64,000 nt of DNA from Escherichia coli (lineage in GTDB: Bacteria > Pseudomonadota > Gammaproteobacteria > Enterobacterales > Enterobacteriaceae): the NCBI RefSeq assembly GCF_024502345.1, contig NZ_JALDNN010000001.1; one strand, given 5' to 3'. Each line of letters starts with the position of its first letter. Position 1 is the first letter of the stretch. Both the position numbers and the translations under genes were made by a program. The notes beneath the pieces are model-generated. The model was not told the DNA's origin. It ran no database searches and saw only the letters and a list, made by a program, of their open reading frames with translations. This document shows, one piece after another, positions 43,892 to 57,956 of this stretch.

Positions 43892-44692
43892 TTAACGTAA
43901 CGAGCGACTTTCCATCGCCTCGATGAGCACCGCATCATGTTTCAGCGTTTGCCATGCATGGATGACTTCTGCCGGAAAATCAACGTGAACGATAAAATCT
44001 CGCCCGCGGGGACCGTAGCCATCGCTATCATCGTGTAAACGCGGCAGCTCGCCAGTGAGTAGTGAGAGATAACGCTCAACCGGCCATAATCCTTGTAACT
44101 GATTAATAAAGATTACACTGTCTGCGTTATTTCCTAACTGAGGAACGAATCCGGGATAACTTAACCAGCGTGGTGCATCGGGATTGTCCCCGGTCATACG
44201 GCGGAACGTTGCCATCGTGCGCCGCTGCATGGTGGGGTCCTGTACAACGATAGCCGTATGAACTCGTTCTACGGCCTGATTCAATAGCGCGATGCTAAAG
44301 CGTGCGTTTTCACCGCAGTTTGTTGACTGGTCTTCAATCCAGATTTTTTCATGCGGAATGTGCCAGAACTGATGAGCGATATCCGCCAGGATGGTCGCTT
44401 CTGCTCTGCCAGTGGTGCGGATAGTGTTGTAGTGCGTATGCTGTGCGATGGCGCTATACAAAAATGTTGTCGAGTGACCGATACCACCACTAATCAGTAA
44501 AGGAATTTGCTGATCGCGGGCAATCTTACATGCCGCATCGATAGTCGGCATAATCGCATTGCCTGCAAGGATCACGCAATCGGCCTGATACGGCACCTCA
44601 CCGGAGAAATCATCCTGCGCCAGCCACTGTCCGATAACATTTATGGCATCTATAGTTGCCGGCGAAAGCGTCGGAAACGGGGTAATGTTCAT
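43892..44692 (-). CDS. ydcF: DUF218-family protein YdcF
   Basis: 266-aa ORF at conserved position. Confidence 0.85.
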   Translation of the reverse strand: MNITPFPTLSPATIDAINVIGQWLAQDDFSGEVPYQADCVILAGNAIMPTIDAACKIARDQQIPLLISGGIGHSTTFLYSAIAQHTHYNTIRTTGRAEATILADIAHQFWHIPHEKIWIEDQSTNCGENARFSIALLNQAVERVHTAIVVQDPTMQRRTMATFRRMTGDNPDAPRWLSYPGFVPQLGNNADSVIFINQLQGLWPVERYLSLLTGELPRLHDDSDGYGPRGRDFIVHVDFPAEVIHAWQTLKHDAVLIEAMESRSLR

Positions 44693-44906
44693 GGTTCCTC
44701 CTTATCGTTCCCTTAAGAATACTGCGTGAGATAATAGTGAGAAGCGGAGCACTCTGAAAGGAGGAAGTCGTATGTCCTTAACCGCCACTCCGCAAGCCTG
44801 ACATATCTTTTAAGGAAATGCTGTAGATAAACATTATTCATCTTGCAGCAGAGAATTGTATTTTTCTGAATTCCTGAATTTTTACCCTTACCATTTTAGA
44901 ATTAAT

Positions 44907-44942
44907 AAAAAACCCGGCGCTAAATGCTTACCGGGTTTTTTC
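44907..44942 (-). terminator. Rho-independent terminator downstream of hrpA
   Basis: CCCGG/CCGGG stem flanked by an A-run and a T-run (bidirectional). Confidence 0.55.
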
Positions 44943-44963
44943 TTTATCAGGCAAATAGCAGGG

Positions 44964-47900
44964 TTAACCGCTAATCTGCTCCATCGCCTGCAAAATACGC
45001 TTATCTGAAATCGGATAAGGCGTACCAAGTTGTTGAGCGAAGTAACTAACGCGCAACTCTTCTATCATCCAACGGATCTCTTTCACGTCTTCATCCTCAC
45101 GACGTGCGGGCGGCAGTTTGTTGATCCATTGCTGCCACGCCTGCTGGACGTTTTCGACTTTCAGCATCTGCGCACGGTCGCGATGTGGATCAACCGCCAG
45201 TTTTTCCAGCCGTTTTTCAATCGCCTGCAAATATCGCAGCGTGTCGCCCAGCCGTTTGAAGCCGTTACCAGTGACAAAACCGCGATATACCAACCCGCCC
45301 ATCTGCGCTTTAATGTCAGAAAGCCCCAGCGCCATGGTCATATCCACCCGCCCTTTCAGACGTTTGTTGATATTGAACACTGCCGTAAGGATTTGCTCGA
45401 CCTGCTTCGCAATATCCACCACCGTGTCGTTCAGTTCGGCACGCACTTTTTCATGCAGCGCAGCAAAGCCTTCTTCCGTCCAGACCGGGCCACCATTGGC
45501 GTCGATCAATTTATCCACACCGCAGGAGATACAGTCGTCGATCAGCTCCAGCACTTTGCCATACGGGTTAAAGTACAGTCCCAGCTTGGCTTTGTTCGGT
45601 AACTTTTCATGTAAATATTTGATTGGCGATGGAATATTCAGCAGCAGTAGACGGCGAAGACCGTTCCACATTGCCTGCTTTTGCTCCAGCGGGTTATCAA
45701 ACAGTTTGATCGCCACACTGTCGCGCTCATCCACCAGCGCCGGCCACGCCTTCACTTTGTAGTTGCCACGCTTCTGTTCGTAGCTTTCCGGCAGCTGACC
45801 AAAACTCCAGATATGTAAGCCGCTCTGCTCGATACCGTCATCCGCCACCGCAGATAGCGTTTCCTGCACTTTGCCTTTCAGCGCATCTTTCAGATCTTGT
45901 AGCGAGCGCCCTTCTTTTAGCTTCTTGTTTTTGTCATCCACCACGCGGAAGGTAATTTTCAGGTGATCAGGCACCTGATCCCAGTGCCAGTCTTCGCGGT
46001 CAACGGTAACGCCGGTCATCCGCCGTAACTCGCGCTCAAGGCTGTCGAGCAACGGTAACTCCAGCGGTTTGACGCGGCCTAAAAACGCTTCGGCATAGTT
46101 TGGCGCGGGTACAAAATTACGGCGTACCGGTTTCGGCAACGATTTAATCAGAGCAATCACCAGTTCGCGGCGCAGACCGGGGATCTGCCATTCAAACCCG
46201 CTTTCCTCAACCTGGTTAAGTAACGGCAGCGGAATATGTACGGTCACACCGTCAGCATCCGCGCCGGGCTCAAACTGATAGCTCAAACGCAGCTTGAGAT
46301 TGCCCTGATGCCAGAAGTTCGGGTAATCCAGCTTGCTGATTTTTTCTGCGCCCTCTTTGATCAACATGCTTTTTTCAAAGTTGAGCAAATCAGGGGTTTC
46401 GCGGCTGACTTTTTTCCACCAGCTGTCGAAGTGACGAGCGGAGATTACATCGTGGCTGATGCGCTGGTCGTAGAACTCAAACAACGTTTCGTCATCAACC
46501 AGAATATCGCGGCGACGTGATTTGTGTTCCAGTTCTTCCACTTCAGCCCGCAGTTTCAGGTTTTCACGGAAGAATGCGTGACGCGTCTGCCAGTCACCTT
46601 CCACCAGCGCATGGCGAATAAAGAGTTCACGACATAACGCCGGATCGATCTGGCTGTAGTTGACCTTGCGCGCGGCAACAATCGGCAAACCATAAACAGT
46701 GACTTTTTCCGTTGCCATCACCGCGCCCTGCGCCCGTTCCCAGTGCGGTTCGCTGTAGGTACGTTTAATCAAATGCTGAGCGACAGGCTCCACCCATTCC
46801 GGGTCGATACGCGCAGCAATGCGCCCCCACAGGCGGCTGGTTTCTACCAGTTCCGCCACCATTACCCATTTCGGCGGTTTTTTGAATAAACCAGAACCGG
46901 GGAAGATGGAGAAACGCGCGTTACGTGCGCCGGTATATTCTTGTTTATCGGCATCTTTCATGCCGATATGGGATAGTAAACCCGTCAGCAACGCAATGTG
47001 AATTTCGCGATACTCCGCCGGTTCGCTGTTAACCGGAATGCCAAGTTCTTTCACCACCTGACGCAACTGGGTGTAGATATCCTGCCATTCGCGCACGCGC
47101 AGATAGTTGAGATAATCGGTACGACACAGGCGACGGAAGGCGTTTGAAGAAAGCGCCTTTTGCTGCTCGCCAAGATAATTCCACAGATTTACAAACGCGA
47201 GGAAGTCGGATTCTTTGTCGTGGAAGCGACGATGTTTTTCGTCCGATGCCTGCTGTTTGTCCATCGGCCGCTCACGCGGGTCCTGAATGGAGAGCGCGGA
47301 CGTGATAATCATCGCCTCACGCACGCAGCCATGTTTCTGCGCTTCCAGCACCATACGCGCCAGACGTGGGTCGACAGGCAACTGCGAGAGCTGGCGACCG
47401 AGCGGCGTCAGTTTATAGGCGCTGGCCTGTTCATCCGTGGTGATCGCGCCCAGCTCTTCGAGCAGACGCACGCCATCCTGGATATTGCGTTTATCCGGTG
47501 CTTCGACAAACGGGAACGCAGCGATATCGCCCAGCCCCAGCGCGGTCATCTGCAAAATAACCGAGGCCAGGTTGGTACGCAGAATCTCCGGATCGGTAAA
47601 CTCCGGGCGCGAGAGGAAATCGTCTTCGGAATAGAGACGAATACAGATCCCTTCGGACACACGACCACAACGGCCTTTACGCTGATTGGCAGACGCCTGT
47701 GAAATGGGTTCAATCGGCAAACGCTGCACTTTGGTGCGATAGCTGTAGCGGCTGATACGCGCCGTACCGGGGTCGATAACGTATTTAATCCCCGGTACAG
47801 TCAGCGAGGTTTCCGCGACGTTGGTCGCCAGCACAATGCGTCGCCCGCTGTGCGACTGGAACACGCGGTTCTGTTCGCTATTCGAAAGCCGCGCATAAAG

Positions 47901-48866
47901 CGGCAAGATTTCGGTATGGCGTAAGTTCAGCTTGTTCAGCGCATCGGCGGTATCGCGAATTTCCCGCTCGCCGCTCATAAAGATCAGAATGTCGCCAGGG
48001 CTTTCCTGGCTCAGTTCGTCTACGGCGTCAAAAATCGCCTGCAACTGATCGCGCTCGGTGTCATCGGCTTCTTCAACAATCGGGCGATAGCGCACTTCCA
48101 CCGGATAGGTCCGACCGGAGACTTCGATAATCGGCGCATTATTAAAGTGGCGAGAAAAGCGTTCCGGGTCGATAGTCGCGGAAGTGATAATGATTTTTAG
48201 GTCAGGACGCCGCGGCAGCAACTCTTTCAAATAGCCGAGCAGAAAATCGATATTCAGGCTGCGTTCGTGTGCTTCGTCAATAATGATGGTGTCGTACTGC
48301 ATCAGCAGGCGGTCTTGCTGGATCTCCGCCAGCAGGATACCGTCGGTCATCAGCTTGACCATCGTGTTATCACTTACGTGATCGCTGAAACGCACTTTGT
48401 AACCGATGCAACCGCCTGGCTCCGTTTTCAGCTCTTCCGCAATACGGTTCGCCACCGTTCTTGCCGCCAGACGACGCGGCTGGGTATGGCCGATCAGTCC
48501 TTTAATCCCGCGCCCCAGCTCCATACAGATTTTCGGTAGCTGAGTCGTTTTACCGGAACCGGTTTCCCCGGCGACGATCACCACCTGGTGATCACGAATC
48601 GCTTCGAGAATGTCCTGTTTTTTCTGACTAACCGGCAAATTGTCCGGATAAGTGATTTCCGGACGTGCCGCTTCACGCAGCAGGACTTTCCCTGCCGCCT
48701 GGTCAATCTCTTTCGCCATCTCCTGGAAAATGGCCTGTTGTGCATCAGGATTTTTAACCTTCTTCACACCGTGCAGACGGCGAGAAAAACGCTGTCTGTC
48801 GCGCAGCATCAGCGAATCCAGCCGCTGCTGCAAGACTGTAAAGGTCAATTTTTGTTGTTCTGTCAT
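44964..48866 (-). CDS. hrpA: ATP-dependent RNA helicase HrpA (DEAH-box)
   Basis: 1300-aa ORF with GETGSGKTTQ Walker A and DEAH motif. Confidence 0.95.
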   Translation of the reverse strand: MTEQQKLTFTVLQQRLDSLMLRDRQRFSRRLHGVKKVKNPDAQQAIFQEMAKEIDQAAGKVLLREAARPEITYPDNLPVSQKKQDILEAIRDHQVVIVAGETGSGKTTQLPKICMELGRGIKGLIGHTQPRRLAARTVANRIAEELKTEPGGCIGYKVRFSDHVSDNTMVKLMTDGILLAEIQQDRLLMQYDTIIIDEAHERSLNIDFLLGYLKELLPRRPDLKIIITSATIDPERFSRHFNNAPIIEVSGRTYPVEVRYRPIVEEADDTERDQLQAIFDAVDELSQESPGDILIFMSGEREIRDTADALNKLNLRHTEILPLYARLSNSEQNRVFQSHSGRRIVLATNVAETSLTVPGIKYVIDPGTARISRYSYRTKVQRLPIEPISQASANQRKGRCGRVSEGICIRLYSEDDFLSRPEFTDPEILRTNLASVILQMTALGLGDIAAFPFVEAPDKRNIQDGVRLLEELGAITTDEQASAYKLTPLGRQLSQLPVDPRLARMVLEAQKHGCVREAMIITSALSIQDPRERPMDKQQASDEKHRRFHDKESDFLAFVNLWNYLGEQQKALSSNAFRRLCRTDYLNYLRVREWQDIYTQLRQVVKELGIPVNSEPAEYREIHIALLTGLLSHIGMKDADKQEYTGARNARFSIFPGSGLFKKPPKWVMVAELVETSRLWGRIAARIDPEWVEPVAQHLIKRTYSEPHWERAQGAVMATEKVTVYGLPIVAARKVNYSQIDPALCRELFIRHALVEGDWQTRHAFFRENLKLRAEVEELEHKSRRRDILVDDETLFEFYDQRISHDVISARHFDSWWKKVSRETPDLLNFEKSMLIKEGAEKISKLDYPNFWHQGNLKLRLSYQFEPGADADGVTVHIPLPLLNQVEESGFEWQIPGLRRELVIALIKSLPKPVRRNFVPAPNYAEAFLGRVKPLELPLLDSLERELRRMTGVTVDREDWHWDQVPDHLKITFRVVDDKNKKLKEGRSLQDLKDALKGKVQETLSAVADDGIEQSGLHIWSFGQLPESYEQKRGNYKVKAWPALVDERDSVAIKLFDNPLEQKQAMWNGLRRLLLLNIPSPIKYLHEKLPNKAKLGLYFNPYGKVLELIDDCISCGVDKLIDANGGPVWTEEGFAALHEKVRAELNDTVVDIAKQVEQILTAVFNINKRLKGRVDMTMALGLSDIKAQMGGLVYRGFVTGNGFKRLGDTLRYLQAIEKRLEKLAVDPHRDRAQMLKVENVQQAWQQWINKLPPARREDEDVKEIRWMIEELRVSYFAQQLGTPYPISDKRILQAMEQISG

Positions 48867-49057
48867 AACGTTAGAGGGCAGTAGGCTGCCTGATTAATTT
48901 TCTTTTAAATGATAGATATAGAGTACCACATCGCGGCTTTCTATGCGTTGTTCAATAAATTCGAACATAGGCTTCGATTTATTGCGCTATCTCTGTGGCA
49001 GGATTGTGAATAAAGTGTCAGCAAGCAACGGGGCATCGCCCATTCAAACATCTATAA

Positions 49058-49672
<615 letters not shown>

Positions 49673-49680
49673 CCGGACAC

Positions 49681-49719
49681 GATCTTGATGTGGACTGTAG
49701 TTCAGTCCACATCAAGATC
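49681..49719. terminator. 17-bp perfect inverted repeat between convergent azoR and ynbD
   Basis: GATCTTGATGTGGACTG-(5-nt loop)-CAGTCCACATCAAGATC. Confidence 0.6.
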
Positions 49720-49722
49720 CAC

Positions 49723-52637
<2,915 letters not shown>

Positions 52638-53694
52638 GGCTTTGTTGAATAAATCGAACTTTTGCTGAGTTGAAGGATCAGATCACGTATCTTCCCGACA
52701 ACGCAGACCGTTCCGTGGCAAAGCAAAAGTTCAAAATCACCAACTGGCCCACCTACAATAAAGCCCTCATCAACCGTGGCTCCATAACTTTCTGGCTGGA
52801 TGATGAAGCTATTCAGGCCTGGTATGAGTCAGCAACACCTTCTTCACGAGGCAGACCTCAGCGCTATTCTGACCTTGCCATCACGACTGTGCTGGTCATT
52901 AAACGCGTATTCAGGCTGACCCTGCGCGCTGCGCAGGGCTTTATTGATTCCATTTTTTCTCTGATGAACGTTCCGCTACGCTGCCCGGATTACAGCTGTG
53001 TCAGCAGGCGGGCAAAGTCGGTTAATGTCAGTTTCAAAACGCCCACCCGGGGTGAAATCGCACACCTGGTAATTGATTCCACCGGGCTGAAGGTCTTCGG
53101 TGAAGGCGAGTGGAAAGTCAAAAAGCATGGCCAGGAACGCCGCCGTATCTGGCGTAAGCTGCATCTCGCCGTTGACAGTAAAACACATGAAATCATCTGC
53201 GCTGACCTGTCGCTGAACAACGTTACGGACTCAGAGGCCTTCCCCGGGTTAATCCGGCAAACCCACCGGAAAATCAGGTCAGCCGCCGCCGATGGCGCTT
53301 ACGATACCCGGCTATGTCACGATGAACTGCGGCGTAAGAAAATCAGCGCGCTTATCCCTCCCCGAAAAGGTGCGGGTTACTGGCCCGGTGAATATGCAGA
53401 CCGTAACCGTGCAGTGGCTAATCAGCGAATGACCGGGAGTAATGCGCGGTGGAAATGGACAACAGATTACAACCGTCGCTCGATAGCGGAAACGGCGATG
53501 TACCGGGTAAAACAGCTGTTCGGGGGTTCACTGACACTGCGTGACTACGATGGTCAGGTTGCAGAGGCTATGGCCCTGGTACGAGCGCTGAACAAAATGA
53601 CGAAAGCAGGTATGCCTGAAAGCGTGCGTATTGCCTGAAAACACAACCCGCTACGGGGGAGACTTACCCGAAATCTGATTTATTCAACAAAGCC
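52638..53694 (+). mobile_element. IS903-family insertion sequence, 1057 bp, copy 2 (identical to copy 1, same orientation)
   Basis: Same 18-bp terminal inverted repeats; the encoded ORFs are identical to copy 1; no target-site duplication. Confidence 0.85.
52715..53638 (+). CDS. IS903-family DDE transposase
   Basis: Identical to the transposase ORF at 4131..5054. Confidence 0.8.
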   Translation: MAKQKFKITNWPTYNKALINRGSITFWLDDEAIQAWYESATPSSRGRPQRYSDLAITTVLVIKRVFRLTLRAAQGFIDSIFSLMNVPLRCPDYSCVSRRAKSVNVSFKTPTRGEIAHLVIDSTGLKVFGEGEWKVKKHGQERRRIWRKLHLAVDSKTHEIICADLSLNNVTDSEAFPGLIRQTHRKIRSAAADGAYDTRLCHDELRRKKISALIPPRKGAGYWPGEYADRNRAVANQRMTGSNARWKWTTDYNRRSIAETAMYRVKQLFGGSLTLRDYDGQVAEAMALVRALNKMTKAGMPESVRIA

Positions 53695-54038
53695 GAGTGA
53701 TGCGTTACTTTCCGGTAAAAATAAAAAGGTAAATAGAGCGCAATATCGGAAATAACATCGCCAGTTTCATTCAAAATCGCCCCCAGACGTGTTTGCTGAT
53801 TGCACTCACGCGCCAACATGCCATCCAGCGCATTGAGCGCCATACGGATAAAAAGCACGATGGGCAATAGCAAAAAGAGGATGGGTTGTGCCACCAACAC
53901 CAACAGCAATCCGGTAAAAAGAGAAAGCGCCAGTGCCGTAAGAGTGATGTGATTCGCTGTAACGTGGTGCTTATAAAGCCAAAACATCGTCGGCCTTAAC
54001 AGCGACTGAAAGAGCGGTTTTATCTGGTAGAGCGTCAT
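53695..54038 (-). pseudogene. ynbA: CDP-alcohol phosphatidyltransferase-family protein YnbA, 3'-truncated by the IS element (about 114 codons retained)
   Basis: ORF begins MTLYQIKPLFQSLL… and continues into the IS right end. Confidence 0.65.
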
Positions 54039-54287
54039 TTATCATTCCGTGATATTCAGTTTGCTCTATGGTGCATCAATTGTGATGGCGGAGATATCAC
54101 AACGCGGAGCATCAACGTAAATTCGGAATATATCAAGATGTGGTGGATGGTTTTCCTACACATCTGTTTGATTACCGACTGGATGTCAGTGAGATACCAT
54201 CGATCACTGTACGAATCAATGAATCCATTGCCTTTTCCCTGATTATCCAGCCGCAAATCCTGGCCTTAAACATATGCACTCCATGCC

Positions 54288-54328
54288 ATTAAAAAAGAAA
54301 CAAAAGGGAAATGCATCTTTCCCTTTTG
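54288..54328 (-). terminator. Rho-independent terminator downstream of ydbC
   Basis: 11-bp stem CAAAAGGGAAA/TTTCCCTTTTG followed on the minus strand by a T-rich run. Confidence 0.55.
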
Positions 54329-54336
54329 TATATTCG

Positions 54337-55197
54337 TTATTCTCGCGAAATACCATCCAACGTAGACAACACTTCCTCAGAAAGATGCAATTTTTCAGCA
54401 GCCATATTCTCCCGTAAATGCGCAACAGAAGACGTCCCTGGGATCAGCAAAATATTCGGTGAACGTTGTAACAGCCACGCCAGCGCCACCTGCATGGGTG
54501 TTGCACCCAGGCTCGCAGCAACATCGGAAAGTGTGGACGATTGCAGCGGTGTAAAGCCCCCGAGCGGGAAGAACGGCACGTAGGCAATGCCATCGTGGGC
54601 CAAAGCATCAATCATTGCATCATCAGCACGGTGCGCGATGTTGTATTCGTTTTGCACACAGACAATTTCGGCAATCTTGCGCGCCTCTGCAACCTGCGTC
54701 GGTGTGACATTGCTCAGGCCAATATGTTTTACCAGGCCTTGTTGTTGCATCTCTGCCAGCACGGTCAGGCTGGCCTCAATCGATCCTTCCGCTGGGCCAT
54801 GACCATCCCCCATCATAACGCGCAGGTTAACCACATCCAGCACGTCCAGCCCGAGATTACGTAGATTATCGTGCACCGCTTTTTGCAGCTCTGCCGGAGA
54901 AAATGCGGGCAACCAGGAAGCGTCCTCTCCACGCCGCGCACCAATTTTAGTGACAATTGTCAGGTCGTCAGAGTAAGGATAAAGCGCTTCGCGGATAATC
55001 TGATTGGTGACGTGCGGACCATAAAAGTCGCTGGTATCAATGTGAGTGACGCCCAATGCCAGCGCCTCACGCAGCACAGTTATAGCGACGTGGCGATCTC
55101 TTGGGGGACCAAAAACCCCAGGACCTGCCAGTTGCATCGCGCCATAACCAAGACGGTTAACGGATTTTGTACCGAGAGTAAATGTATTGCTGCTCAT
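54337..55197 (-). CDS. pdxI: Aldo-keto reductase (pyridoxine 4-dehydrogenase PdxI/YdbC)
   Basis: 286-aa AKR-fold ORF. Confidence 0.85.
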   Translation of the reverse strand: MSSNTFTLGTKSVNRLGYGAMQLAGPGVFGPPRDRHVAITVLREALALGVTHIDTSDFYGPHVTNQIIREALYPYSDDLTIVTKIGARRGEDASWLPAFSPAELQKAVHDNLRNLGLDVLDVVNLRVMMGDGHGPAEGSIEASLTVLAEMQQQGLVKHIGLSNVTPTQVAEARKIAEIVCVQNEYNIAHRADDAMIDALAHDGIAYVPFFPLGGFTPLQSSTLSDVAASLGATPMQVALAWLLQRSPNILLIPGTSSVAHLRENMAAEKLHLSEEVLSTLDGISRE

Positions 55198-55351
55198 CGC
55201 ACCCTGCCCTGTAATAAAACGGATTGAGAAAAATCAGTATAGAAACGAAAAGAGATAAATAATGCGAAGGCGTAAACAAGATTACTGGATGAGTTGCTCT
55301 ATTGTCCTGAAAAACACAAAACAAAACGCGTCAAGTACCGCATCCGGCAAT

Positions 55352-55383
55352 AAAAAACCGCAACCTGTATAGCGTTGCGGTTT
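55352..55383 (-). terminator. Rho-independent terminator downstream of paaY
   Basis: CCGCAAC/GTTGCGG stem with T-run on the minus strand. Confidence 0.55.
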
Positions 55384-55425
55384 AGGTATCACATGCTAAA
55401 AATTAGAATGTTCAGTATCTGGACG

Positions 55426-56016
55426 TTACTGTTTCGGTCGCAGATTCTCATCAAATACCAGACGTTTCCTGTTCGGTTCAACTTCCCGCAATGGCTCAAC
55501 TTGATGCAACGTCTGCTTACAACGAGTCACCAGCACCTGATACTCATGCGTACCCTGCTTTTTCCATGCCAGCTCCTGCTCACTGAGTTCACGAATCGCT
55601 TTCGCCGGGCTGCCGACAATCAGGTAATTGGCAGGCATTTCTGCTTTGGCTTTCACAAATGCGGATGCGCCAACAATGCTGTTCTCGCCAATCACCGCGC
55701 CGTCCATCACTACCGCGTTCATTCCCACTAATGCATTGCGGCGGATAATGCAACCATGAAGGATAGCGCTATGACCAATATGCCCATCTTCTTCCACGAC
55801 AGTATCCTGTTCGGGAAAACCGTGCATAACGCAATTATCCTGAATGTTCGCGCCATCTTTCACTACGATACGACCAAAATCGCCACGCAGATTGGCATTT
55901 GGCCCAACGTAAACGCCCTTGCCGAGAATAACATCGCCGATCAATACCGCTGTCGGATGGACAAAACTCTCTTCTGGCACAACCGGAGTCAGACCATCTA
56001 TCTGGTAAATTGGCAT
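55426..56016 (-). CDS. paaY: Hexapeptide-repeat thioesterase PaaY
   Basis: 196-aa left-handed beta-helix ORF; position downstream of the paaX remnant. Confidence 0.85.
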   Translation of the reverse strand: MPIYQIDGLTPVVPEESFVHPTAVLIGDVILGKGVYVGPNANLRGDFGRIVVKDGANIQDNCVMHGFPEQDTVVEEDGHIGHSAILHGCIIRRNALVGMNAVVMDGAVIGENSIVGASAFVKAKAEMPANYLIVGSPAKAIRELSEQELAWKKQGTHEYQVLVTRCKQTLHQVEPLREVEPNRKRLVFDENLRPKQ

Positions 56017-56555
56017 AACGCCTCCTGTTCAATATTCAAACCGCCAAAACGTTGAAAATACAGGCTTCCCGGCGCAGGCAGTTCACCGACCGAGGTTTCA
56101 CCTTTTTCACTAACGAACGCTAAAGCAGCAGGCGCTACGCGCTGATAAATGTTGATACACAGCTGACGCGCCGTATGCCCTGCCCAGTGCGCCGGAAGCA
56201 ACTCCTCTGGCAACAATGGGTCTTTAAGGACGACACGGCGATAAAAATGGATCAGTAAAAGCTGAATATGAAATGCACGCTCCGGGGTTAACTCGTCTGC
56301 TGCCTCTTTTAACAGCGGCACCAGCGGGCGGAATGACTGAATAAAGGTTTCGTACATGGCATTTTGTTCAGTTAAATGCCAGCACTCTTCCACTCTGGCA
56401 CGCAGTGCTGCACGAGAAAGCGCCAGTGGTATTTGCGCTTCAAAACAAATCACGTTATCCGCCAGAAGGGCATTATTTAGCGCATTACGTGCGGCGGGAC
56501 GGTTAAGGGTCAGCAACAATACTTGTTGCTGACGGCTGACGATCAGTTCGCTCAT
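55998..56555 (-). pseudogene. In-frame fusion remnant: first ~31 codons of enoyl-CoA hydratase PaaF joined to the C-terminal ~154 codons of repressor PaaX
   Basis: N-terminus MSELIVSRQQQVLLLTLNRPAARNALNNALL is a crotonase-type start, but the remainder lacks crotonase features and sits where the paaX 3' end should be; junction near 56462. Confidence 0.6.
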
Positions 56556-57193
56556 GCCATCCCCTTCGCGTCAAAGTCAACCACCACATCGCTGGTCAGC
56601 GGCAGTGCCTGGCAACTCAACACATAGCCTGCGGCCAGTTCATCCGGTTCCAGACTGTAATTGGTTTCCATCGCCACTTTGCCACGCAGCACTTTGCATT
56701 TGCAGGTCGCACAGACGCCGCCTTTGCAGGCATAGGGCAGATCAGCCCCCTGGCGCAATGCCGCATCGAGAATGCTTTCATCGTCGGCATTAAGCACGAT
56801 TTCCCGATCCCGCCCATCCTGACGTACAGTCACTTTTTGTCCGTCACTTTGCACGTTAACGCTACGTTTGACGCGCGTGCCAGGCGTATTAAACCGCTCC
56901 AGATGAATGGTTTTATCTGGCATTCCCAGTGCTTTTAAGGCGGCTTCCGTCTCATCCATCATCGCCGCCGGACCACAAATAAATGCCTCATCATAAAGAC
57001 GAAAATTAATGAGCGAGGCCCCAAGTGACTGTAATTTTTCACCGTCAATACGCCCGTGAAGCAGATCGCTGTCGAGGGTTTCCTGACTGAAAATGCACAA
57101 CAACTGTAAACGCTGAGGATATTTGTCTTTCAGGTCTGCCAGTGCCTGGCGAAACATCATGCTCTGGCTGGTACGGTTACCGTAGATCAGGGT
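56552..57193 (-). pseudogene. paaE: 3' fragment of paaE (ferredoxin-NADPH reductase subunit; 2Fe-2S C-terminal domain retained, N-terminal FAD domain deleted)
   Basis: CKGGVCATCKCKVL 2Fe-2S motif; the frame extends upstream of the listed Met to about 57193, where homology ends. Confidence 0.65.
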
Positions 57194-57956
57194 GATGCCC
57201 GCACAAAACCAGCGACATGCTCTGCAACTGGCTTGTGCAGGCGGCGGTAGCCTTGCGGGAACGCTGGTGACGGCTGATCCGCAAATTGCGCGTCAGTTTA
57301 TTGCCGACGCGGCACGTACGCATGGGCGAATTCAGATCCTCAATGAAGAATCGGCAAAAGAATCCACCGGGCATGGCTCCCCACTGCCACAACTGTTACA
57401 TGGTGGGCCTGGTCGCGCAGGAGGCGGTGAAGAATTAGGTGGTTTACGAGCGGTGAAACATTACATGCAGCGAACCGCTGTTCAGGGTAGTCCGACGATG
57501 CTTGCCGCTATCAGTAAACAGTGGGTGCGCGGTGCGAAAGTCGAAGAAGATCGTATTCATCCGTTCCGCAAATATTTTGAGGAGCTGCAACCAGGCGACA
57601 GCCTGTTGACTCCCCGCCGCACAATGACAGAGGCCGATATTGTTAACTTTGCTTGCCTCAGCGGCGATCATTTCTATGCACATATGGATAAAATTGCTGC
57701 TGCCGAATCTATTTTTGGTGAGCGTGTGGTACATGGATATTTTGTGCTTTCTGCGGCTGCGGGTCTGTTTGTCGATGCCGGTGTCGGTCCGGTCATAGCT
57801 AACTACGGGCTGGAAAACTTGCGTTTTATCGAACCCGTAAAACCAGGCGATACCATCCAGGTGCGTCTCACCTGTAAGCGCAAGACGCTGAAAAAACAGC
57901 GTAGCGCAGAAGAAAAACCAACAGGTGTGGTGGAATGGGCGGTATGGGCACGCTAA
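57194..57956 (+). pseudogene. paaZ: 3' fragment of paaZ (end of ALDH domain plus MaoC hot-dog hydratase domain); last ~20 codons replaced at the tynA junction
   Basis: MaoC-like region …[19 protein letters not shown]…VVHGYFVL…; divergent from the paaE fragment with no intervening paaA-D. Confidence 0.65.

Noticed and set aside
45030-48897. Multiple 90-214-aa plus-strand ORFs inside hrpA
   Set aside because: All are antisense to the uninterrupted 1300-aa helicase ORF and have no independent coding support.
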